Positions 27,221 through 38,244 of a DNA stretch of 64,000 nt are shown here, in pieces (the first letter of the stretch is position 1; each line of letters opens with the position of its first letter). The stretch spans positions 203,856,001-203,920,000 of the forward strand of contig NC_042997.1 in the NCBI RefSeq assembly GCF_006345805.1. Reading direction: 5' to 3'. A program made the position numbers and the translations under genes. The notes under the pieces were generated by a model. It made no database searches, had not been told where the DNA came from, and saw only the letters and a list, made by a program, of their open reading frames with translations. The DNA comes from Octopus sinensis. Lineage: Eukaryota.

Positions 27221-30200
27221 AACTAATGTGTTTAACTATACAATATTGCAAATAATAATTGATAACCACAATCATGAGCTGAAATTTAATAAAACAGAAA
27301 AGTTCTTTTGCCTTTTTCTTTGTCTTCAGAATGTCCTGGTGGTGCCGATTACCCATGTTCTGGTCAAGGCAATTGTTCTGATGGTTTGGATGGAACTGGT
27401 CTCTGCAGTTGCAAAGCAAACTTCACATCCTCTGATTGTTCAACATATATAGCTGGCAATACAAAACCAGATCATAGTCAGAGTAAGAACTATTTCTTCA
27501 TACAATTATTTCATAGCAGCATCGTTTTTAACCATTTAAAACATACAAATACACTTACCGTCACATTTGTTTTTGTTTCGTGACAGTGTTGTCAATTATG
27601 AAACCTGAAAGAAATTTGCTGAGCATCTATGATCTGATCAGTGGCAAAACTCAGCTGTATCTGTTGATAGTCTTTGAACACAAGCTTATATTTGCAATGG
27701 GGACCATGTCATAGATGTGTTATGAAAGTTCTTTGAAATTATATAACAGACTATTACTGTCATGAAATAAATAAACAAAATGTAACTATATATGTTTATT
27801 ATGACAATTAATTTTGATAATAAATATTAGATAAGTCATTGGAAAGGTCACAGATGTACGGTGAAGTAACTTTTATAAACTAATCCAATTATCGTATTTG
27901 CTTGTGTATAAGTTGCACTCCTGATTTAGTGTTAAATGTTAGAACAAAATTTTTTCTCTTCATATTCAAACTTTGCTCCATGTATAAGTTGCATCCCAGT
28001 TTTTCAGTTAAAATCAAGTATACATGAGTAAATATGGTGATAAAGAAGTGAACTACAACCAGTACATGTATTTTTGCTGGCAGAATGACCTTCCCCTTGT
28101 ACAACAATATCTGGGATTGAACACAATTCCATATCAAGACTCTTGTGAAACAAATACAAGAATTCTGTTGTGTCTGGGGAGAGTCATTTTCTTTTTGTGC
28201 CTTATAATATAACACACTCACCGGTAAAATTTCCACTTTTTTCTTATTTTTATTTTCCTAAAATTTTCGTTGCGTCTTGCAACCTTTTCAATAGTCTTTT
28301 TTAGGATTTCAGAATCTCTTTATCCCGTTTTTTTGTTCTGCAGATGACAAATGTGGAGGATGTCCTCCTTCTAGTGAATGCAAACAAAACCAAAACTCTG
28401 AATGGTCATGTGAATGTGCTGACAGCTATGTTCTCACTGACAAAGACGAATGTCGTTCTCCATGCACAATTGCTAATGGCAATTGCCATCAGAATGCAGT
28501 TTGTTCTTTTGGTCCTGAAGAAAAGGTAAGAAGGCAGTCCTTCATATAATTAATCAGATATATGAATTATCGAACCAATTTAAATTGCTTCTACTCTTGG
28601 AAACATTTCTGTGTCAAATAATTTCTTATATAAAATTATTTTCTGTAATATAGGAAGAAAATTGGCTTCACTTGTGTACCCTTACTTGTTTCAGTCATTT
28701 GACTGCAGCCATGCTGGAGCACCACCTTGAAGGGTTTTAGTTGAACAAATCGACTCCTGGACTTAGTTTTTTTTAAGTCTAGTTACTTATTTTATTAGTC
28801 TCTTTTGCTGAACCACCAAGTTACAGAGACTTAAACACACCAACACCAGTTGTCAAATGGTGGTGGAGGGACAAACACAGACTCAAAGACACACACACAC
28901 ACACCACACACACACACACACACATGACAGGCTTCTTTCAGTTTCCATCTACCAAATCCACTCACAAGGCTTTGGTTGGCCCAAGGCTATTGTAGAAGAC
29001 ACTTTTCCTAGGTACCATGCAACAGGACTATTCATATCAGAGCAAGATTTCTGACTATTCTTCTTCATCATTGAACCGAATGGTCATGTAATATGAATGA
29101 ATCAAACCAGTCTCAGATGATGATGACAACGACAACGACGTCAACGACGACGATGATGATGATCATCATCATCATTCTCATCATCATTTAACGCCTGTTT
29201 TCCATGCTGGCATGGGTTGGCCAGCTTGACAGGAACTAGTAAGGCCAAGGGCTGCATCAGGCTCCATTGTCTGTTTTGGCCTGGTTTCTAGGGCTGGATG
29301 CCCTTCCTAATGCCAACCACTCCACAGAGTGTGCTGGGGGGTTTTTTATGTGGCACCATCACAGGTACTTTTTATGACACCAGCACCCAGACTAGTGCTT
29401 TGTATATGGCACCTTGGTTTCAAGATCTGTTCTGTTGTGGTGGGCAAGTCTTCCCAAGCACAGCAATGCACCACATATCTTGGTCCCCTGTCATCTCCTT
29501 CATAAGATTCAGCGTTTTGAGACCAGTCTTCAAAACTTCATCCCATGCCTTCCTGGGTCTCCCTCTTCCACAATTTCTCCCACTTTAAGTGATCAGCACA
29601 TCTTTATGCAGCTCTCCTCATCCATCTGCAAATTAAGTTTACAAATGAATTTCACATATTTTAATTTCTGTGAATTACTTTCATATTTTTTGCTTTCTGT
29701 TTTGTTTTGTTTTTTCTTTTTTTTTTTTTAATTTTTTCCTTCCATCAGATCAGTGGTCAAGCAAAGTGCGTTTGCAGAAGTGGTTACCATGGTGATGGAC
29801 TCAACTTTTGCCAACCGATTGTTAATCTCTGTAATATGAACAATGGCAATTGTTCACCTCGAGCTGAATGTACTTTCATTCCTCCTCCAGGTACATTTTA
29901 ACTTTTTCAAACACAAACCATTTCCACATAAAAATAAACAGGATTCCCTACTTAAATGTAAATAGACTTGAGCAATGAGAAACGAAGTGTTTAGCTCAAG
30001 AACGCAACATGCTGCCTGGTATGGGAATTGAACCCACAACCTAACCACTTGGCCATGTGGTTTCACATTCACTTGGTATATATTTTGATAAATCTACATT
30101 CGTCAGCCTTGAGCGTCTTTGCAAAAAACGAAATCCCCTTCTTCATCTTCTTCTTCTTCTTCTTCTTCTTCTTCTCCTCCTCCTCCTCCTCCTCCCCCTC

Positions 30201-33200
30201 CTCATCGTCTTCTTTTTCATCACCATCATCATCACCATCACCACCACCATCATCATCATCGTTTAATGTCTATTTTCCATGCTAGCATGGGTTGGATAGT
30301 TTGACTGAAGTCTGGAGAGCCAGTGACTGCACCAGGCTCCATTCTGATCTGGCAACGTTTCTACAGTTGGATGCTCTTCCTAATGCCAAGCACTCTAGTA
30401 CTAAGCTTCCACATTTTTGTGATCTCAATTTGCAGATATTTATAATGAGAAAGCTCTTTATATTCCTTTCTTGAGACATTTTGCTCTTGTGGGACAGACG
30501 TATCTATTATTACTATTATTATTACCTTTGCACAGCTTCTAACGCTGGAGATGTACTATGGTGTCAGTTGTTTACTACCAGCAAACTAACTTAACACTTC
30601 TTATTTTTTGAGCACCTTCTGGAGTATTCGAGTGGTTCCAAGCAGTGCTGTTTTCTGAAAGTGCTCCACCCTTTTTGCAGCCCCTATTTGTTCCACGTAC
30701 TTCTCAAGATTTTTACTCACTGTTCCCAGGGCTCTGACAATTATTGGTACGACTGCTACCTTTTATATCGACCACAACTGCTTAACTTCCCAAGCTAACC
30801 TGTCATATCTCTCGACTTTTCTTTCTTCCTTTTCTCTTTTGTGTTGTTGTTGTTGTTGTTGTTAGGGTCTCATATTCCTCCCACTCAGGAGAATCATTAA
30901 CTTCCACTTCCATTTCAAAATAGATGACCAATCTTTGCATGTTTTTAAAGCCAATTGTCAACTGACCAGTTTGTTCCTTGTCTTTGCTCTTATTTTAGCC
31001 AATGCCATTGTCGCTGGTCAAGTAAAATGTGAATGTTACTCGTCTTATATTGGTAACGGCACCACATGCAACCGAGACATTTTAAGTACATTGGAATATA
31101 TGCCAAGTATGCGCCTCTTTTGTGATGTAAGTATTTTTTCAACTCTCATTCAGTTTTAAAACATGAATGGCTTCTGTAAAGCCAGATCTACTGGTGACCT
31201 GCAGTTTTGTCACTGAATATTGGGTACTAACCCTTGAGAAATTTACAATTGAATAAAAGCAAAACCAGAGTTGTGTGATAAGGTGGGGACTGGAAGCTGA
31301 TGTTATTCGTTTATTCTTTCAGTAATTTGACTGTGGCCATGCTGGAGCACTGCCTTTAGTTAAACAAATTGACCCCAGGACTTATTCTTTGTAAGCCTAG
31401 TACCTATTCTATCGGTCTCTTTCTGCCGAAGTACTAAGTTACGGGGACGTAAACACACCATCATCGGTTGTCAAGCGATGGTGGGGGGACAAACACACAA
31501 ACATGAACATACACATATAGGCGTAGGAGTGGCTGTGTGGTAAGTAGCTTGCTTACCAACCACATGGTTCTGGGTTCAGTCCCACTGCGTGACACCTTAG
31601 GCAAGTGTCTTCTACTGTAGCCTCGGGCTGACCACTTTTTCTGGGGTCCATACCATTCATGGCACCTTCACCAGTCTCCTGTTCATTAGTGTACCTCGTG
31701 TATGAAGGGCATTCACCCAACATAAGACTGTGTTACAAATGGGAACAGCCTGATTTCGCTGAATGTTGAAGTGGTGCCAAAACTAATGCTGAACTGCTGT
31801 GATAGAATCATTATTCTTCACTTAACTGTCATAGGCAAACATGCGATGTTCTATCGTCCACAGTGCCATGTCTTCACCTGAAAAGAAAAAGAAATGCTAG
31901 GATGCCAAATGGTACCTGTCATATGTATGTCCCTCCCACTGGGACTGAGTAATAGCCATTTCAAAAACATCCATCCTCTCAGCTCCACCCTGTATATAGT
32001 GATTCTATCTTTGGTGTTGAAATCACACTGATGTTTGTTAGGCAGCTGATGGAGGTAATTCTCCAGCTGTGTTTTCTTGTCATTGTCTGCTTGTTGCTGC
32101 TGCCTGGTGGTTTACTTTCTTGTTTTTTGCTTTTGTTTTGGTGTACTTTATTGGGATTATACAGGTTCTAAGGTAATTTCTGTTCTTATGGGGAGTTTAT
32201 TATGGGGTTAGCTATTATTTTATTCATATAGTTCATAAATAGTTATAATTTAGAGTGGTCAAAGTGCTTTTATAAACTGAATATATGTGTGTATATATGT
32301 TTGTATATTAATTCATGGTAGGGTGATCAGTTGACCAAATTTTGTAAGTTATGTATAAAATGCCTTGTGGTATTTGTTCTGTTTCTTTTTATGTTCTAAA
32401 TTGAAATTCCTTTAAGGGTAGCTTAGCCTTTTATTCCTCTGGTTTTGATAGAATAAATACCAGCCAAGAACTGATGTCAATATAATTTGCTGTTTCTAGC
32501 TTTGTACCTTTCTCAGGAATCAGTATTAATTTGTGATAAAAGACAATATCGATAAAGTTAATTCTTGAAATTTTACCATTCTTACCAAAAAAACACAAAG
32601 CAAAATAAAAAAAAAACTCATATCAATTTGTTTTATCTTTCAGCTTCTAATATTGAGGGATGTATCCAATGATAAACAAAGAAGTGATTTAATACAGATG
32701 TTGGAAAATATTAACCAAAACCTAACGGTATTTGTACCTGTAAATGGATTAGACTATAATCATGTAAGATGAACCTTCATTTCCTTTGTCTTATCTTATT
32801 CTAAGGCTATTGGTTTGATTAAACATTTGTAGAATTAATTATCAACATGAGCGTGGTCGTTGCCAGTGTCACTGGACTGGCTCCCATGCAGGTAGCACAT
32901 AAAAAACACCTTTTGAGCATGGTTGTTGCCAGAACCGCCTGACTGGCCCTCGTGCCAGTAGCACATAAAAGCACCCGCTACACTCTCAGAGTGGTTTGGC
33001 ATTAGGAATGGCATCCAGCTGTAGAAATTTTGCTAGATCAGAGCCGTCTGGCTCACCAGTCCTCAGTCAAACCACCCAACCCATGCCAGCATGGGCAGTG
33101 GACATTAACCGATGATGATGATGCCTGGTGCAATAATATGGTGCTTCTACAACAATATTTTAAAAAGTCTGTACCAAAAATTTATCTATTTTTTGAGATA

Positions 33201-33594
33201 ATCAAGAATGTGATTAATACTGCAGAATATTCAATAACAAAATCAAATACTAGCAAGTATTTCTCATAGTCTACAATATCTGGAATGCTTTGGGTGAAAA
33301 AATAAAACTGCTATATATATATATATACATATATAGCCAAAGCATGGAACAGACTACTTGCATCAGTTGTTAGTTGCCGAGACATTGCGTCCTTTAAAAC
33401 CTCCATGCTTCCTGAAATTCGCCAACACTACACCTGATCTTCCCCACCTCTGTATGCATACACACATGTACATCATGACTCATACACTGTTCACTTTCCT
33501 GACTTTTGTACATAATTCTATGTACTGTACATGCACCTTTGATGAGTTGTAGTGCACCTGAGCACTGTACACAATAATTTCATTGTTATTATTA

Positions 33595-33635
<41 letters not shown>

Positions 33636-36600
33636 GTTCAAATTTACAAAAAGAAAGATGAAGAGAGGTGTAGGAACAACAAGCTGGTGTATTAGTTTGA
33701 CACTCAGGAAAACTGGGAAAGTCTTTTACATTTCAAACCTATGCTCTTTGACAGAAATGGAGAGAGACTGAAAAAAAAAACAGAGAGAGAGAGAGAGAGA
33801 AAAGCCGTGTAAAGTTCAATGGTCCAACATGAGATATATGTATATCTCACATGCGATATATATCTCACAACCCTGGCTGACCAAGGTTGTATTCTTGCAC
33901 ACACACACATTGATAGATAAATAGATAGATAGACAGATAGATATAGTGATCATGCCTTGGATATACCATGGAATTGTATCAGTGACTCAGTGCAGTATTG
34001 GAGCAACAAAACTTTGTGCTGCAAAATATTAAATGTTTAAGTGATGTTAATGGTTCTTGTGTGTTTTTGAATGGTTAATGTATAATATGTTCCACCCTGT
34101 GATTATGTTATAAAAAGACTTGTCTTTTAAAGGATAACAAATTAAATTTGGTTTTCAGAATTTAAGCACACAAGATGTCATGAACCATGTTGTTGCCAGA
34201 AAGATTTACATTGATTCTGACACGGAAGCCTCATCCTATAAAACTTTGGCAGGTCAGAGTGTTCGGTTACAAAAGAGTTCCTCAGGGGAAGTAAGTTAAC
34301 TGCAGCCTTTCTTTCTTCTCTCAGCTCAGTCTTTCCATTTGTTGAATCATTTTAAGGGAGAAATCTTTAGTAAACATGATAAATATAAAAGAAATATTAC
34401 CACCAGATGTAGTGTGGCTGTGTGGTAAGAAGCTTTCTTTCCAACCACATGGTTCTGGGTTCAGTCCCACTGCAGGGTACCGTAGGCAAGTATTTTTTAC
34501 TATAGCCTCAGGCCAACCAAAGCCTTGTGATTGGATTTGGTAGACAGAAACTGAAAGAAACCCATCGTGTGTGTGTATATATATATATATATATTTATGG
34601 AGTGGCCCAAAAGTAGGTTTACAGTTATTACATAAGCACTTGAAATTTCTTTTAAAACATTTTATTACATTTAAATTTCTATCTTGCAATCATATTGTTT
34701 ATACACATCTTAACCCTTTCGTTACTGTATTTATTTTGAGATGCTCTGTGTTTCTTTCAATTACTTTAAATATAACAAAGAATTTAGTAAAATAACTTAG
34801 TTATCATTCAGCTAGTGTTAGGAACATAAATTGTGACTAAGATTTGGTGGAAGATTTTAATTCCAAACTTATGAAAACAAGAGATTTGTACTCAGAGCCA
34901 GAGCCGGTTTCAGCCGGGTTGGTAACGAAAGGGTTAAACAGACAATGTTTAATCTCTCAGATGCTCAACATTGCAACATTCTTCAAACCTCTTCAGAACA
35001 CTCTGACACACAGTGCGGCACAAATTCCGATCTCCATCAATTTCAGTGAATGCGTCAGAAATGTAATCTTTTAATTCATTTACCGTTCTGGGATTCTTCT
35101 CATAAACCTTGTTCTTTACAACACACCCAAAAAAGAAACCCATTGGTGTCTGGTCAGGTGAACGTGGTGGCCATTCGATGCTGCCTTGTCTTCCAATCCA
35201 ATGCTGTGGAAAGGCTTGGTTAAGGTAGTCTCTTACTGTCAACGCATAATGTGGAGGTGCTCCATCTTGCTGAATAATGGTTTCATATTCTTTTAGAATT
35301 AAGATCTAAACTGTTAATATATGAATGTGAAAGAGGAGCCACCCTGTTTATATGTATATGTTTGTGTGTCTGTGTTTGTCCCCTTACTGTCACTTGACAA
35401 CTGATGTTGGTGTGTTTACGTCCCTGTAACTTAGCTGTTAGGCAAAAGAGACTGATTGAATAAGTACTAGGCTTACAAAGATTTGTTCACCTAAAGGCAG
35501 TGCTCCAGCATGGCTGTAGTCAAATGACTGAAACAAATAAAAGAATAAAAGATGTGATGCCATTAAGCATTTTACCTGGAATGCTAATGATTGTGCCAAC
35601 TCATCAGCTCAGAGCTAAGAATAATTGTGGTTTCAAATTTTGGCACAAGGCTGGCCATTTCATGGGAGGAGGGGTCAGCTGATTTCATTGACCCCTGTGC
35701 TCAACTGGTACTTATTTTATTGACCCCTCCCCCAAAAGCATTAAAGGTAAAGTTGACTCTGATAGTATTTGAACTCAGAACGTAAAGACAGGCAATATGT
35801 TCACTTTTCCACCCTTGCATGTGTCAGATGGAATTGATTGAGGCAAATTTTCTATGGCCAGATGCCCTTGCTGTCATCAACCCTCACATGGTCAGACAGC
35901 TTTTTCATAGAAGACTAGAAACAAACAACATCACTTGTATGATGATGATGATGCTCACGTACAACTGTTATGGGATGTTGTGACATGGCTACAAACACAC
36001 ACACTGAACAGTTGTTTTTTTCAGTTTCTCTAACCCAGATGCACTCACAAGGCTTTAGTTATCCTGGTGTTATAGTAGAAAACACTTGCTCAAGTTGCTG
36101 TGAAGTGTGATTGAACCCAAGATCCCATGGTTGGGAAGCAAGCTTCTCTGCCACAGAGTCACACCTGCACTCGTGCTCATTAAAAAGATAATGATGAAAT
36201 CCTGTAGTAAAGATTGTTTGCCAACATAACATGGCAGTCCTGGTTTAGGACGAATGTTACTGTAACTTAGCCTCAGAAGACATTGTCTCCAGCTAACTAT
36301 ATGACATGATCTGTGTCATTATATCTTTTAACAAGGGTATCGAAGAAGGGAATCTGTGTCCTTATATTTTTGAAAATATAAGGACACAAATTGTGTCATA
36401 TAGGCAGCTGGAGACGATGTCTCCTGGGGCTAAATTACAGCAACATTCGTCCTAAACCAGGACTGCCATGTTATGTTGGCAAACAATCTTTACTACAAAG
36501 TGCTGTTGCTGAATATCTCATGTTGTGAGATTTAAAAATAGTAATGAAATCCTGTATTTTGTTAAGAACTCATTTTATTTTCTCATTAATACTTATTGCT

Positions 36601-38209
36601 TCATTTCATTCAGCTCTATATTATACAAGAAGAAGTGGTAGAAATAAGAATTCTTGAGACAAACATCTTAAACATGAATGGCTACATACACATCATGGAG
36701 ACGCCTTTGTGGTATGAGTATAAAGTAACTGCTAAGGTAAGTCAATTCGAAAAGACAGTTTCTATTTTCTAAGCTTTATTTTTATGTTCTCAAGTAATTA
36801 CCCAACAAAATAAGTTATTTCAAATATATTAAGGAACAGTTACCTTTTTTCATGCCAATCCACCTTAGACCACCACTGGTTATGTGAAACAAACTGTTCA
36901 TTTGATGTCTATTTATTTTGTCCATCCTAAATAATGGATAGCCCAGCTAATTTGACAAGAGTTATTAATTAATGGTTTCTAATTCTGGCACAGAGCCAGC
37001 AGTTTTTGAGGGGAGGGGGAAATCGAATACATTTACCCCAGCACTTGACTGGTACTTATTTTATTGACCAACCGCATAAAGATGAAAGGCAAAGTCAACC
37101 TTGGCAGATATTGAACTCAGAATGTAAAGACTGATGAAATGCTGGCAAGCATTTTGCTTGGCATGCTAACGACTCCGCCAACTAATTGCCTTAATGATTA
37201 TTAAATAATAAAATAACAAATAGGCGTAGGAGTGGCTGTGTGGTAAGTAGCTTGCTTACCAACCACATGGTTCCAGGTTCAGTCCCACTGCATGGCACCT
37301 TGGGCAAGTGTCTTTCACTATAGTCTCAGGCCGACCAAAGCCTTGTGAGTGGATTTGGTAGACGGAAACTGAAAGAAATCCATCATATATATATAACAAT
37401 AATAAATCTCTGGGCGAGATATAAACAGTAACTGCTCTATAACATAAGAGGGATCAGCCATCTGAATGTGGCTAGGGTCAGGGCGGGGTGGTGGGGGTGT
37501 TACTGATGCATTTAGCCCCAGGCGAACATCGACGTCACCAGAAGAGCTGACACCATCTCGGTGTCCTTGCCAGCCAGCAAAGGGAGATCAGCCTCCCCGA
37601 AGATACGGATACTACACACGGACCGGTTTCGAGGTTATTGCCTCTTGTCAACGTATGGTAAGCACTGCTCTTCGTTGAGGGACTTCCTCTGCAGGCTGGA
37701 TATATATAGATTTTCACAGTAACCACAGTCACTGGCGTAGAAAATCTGTTCAAAAACAATAATAAATCTCTGGGCGAGATATAAACAGTAACTGCTCTAT
37801 AACATAACCCCGCCCTGACCCTAGCCACATTCAGATGGCTGATCCCTCTTATGTTATAGAGCAGTTACTGTTTATATCTCGAGATTTATTATTGTTTTCG
37901 AACAGATTTTCTACGCCAGTGACTGTGGTTACTGTGAAAATCTATATATATCCAGCCTGCAGAGGAAGTCCCTCAATGAAGAGCGGTGCTTACCATACGT
38001 TGACAAGAGGCAATAACCTCGAAACCGGTCCGTGTGTAGTATCTGTATCTTTGGGGAGGCTGATCTCCCTTTGCTGGCTGGCAAGGACACCGAGATGGTG
38101 TCAGCTCTTCTGGTGACGTCGATGTTCGCCTGGGGCTAAATGCATCAGTAACACCCCCACCACCCCGCCCTGACCCTAGCCACATTCAGATGGCTGATCC
38201 CTCTTATGT

Positions 38210-38244
<35 letters not shown>

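Larger units (their letters stand above)
37395..38213. mobile_element. inverted dimer of a 360-bp hammerhead-bearing unit (retrozyme / Penelope pseudo-LTR-like), inserted in the (TA)n of a SINE A copy
   Basis: left arm 37395-37807 (period 360) is the near-perfect reverse complement of right arm 37808-38213 (period 355). Confidence 0.9.

Noticed and set aside
29749-29753. Alternative acceptor at exon 18 (CAG ATCAG)
   Set aside because: The second AG is 5 nt downstream and would shift the frame.
31638-35280. Tc1-like N-terminal (31638-31876) and C-terminal (34949-35275) fragments as one element spanning exons 20-21
   Set aside because: Both are on the minus strand but in the wrong order for one transposase, so they are independent remnants.
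37466-38185. Mirrored ORFs 37466-37678(+), 37535-37828(-), 37835-38116(+), 37973-38185(-)
   Set aside because: Mirror images produced by the inverted repeat; no recognisable protein.
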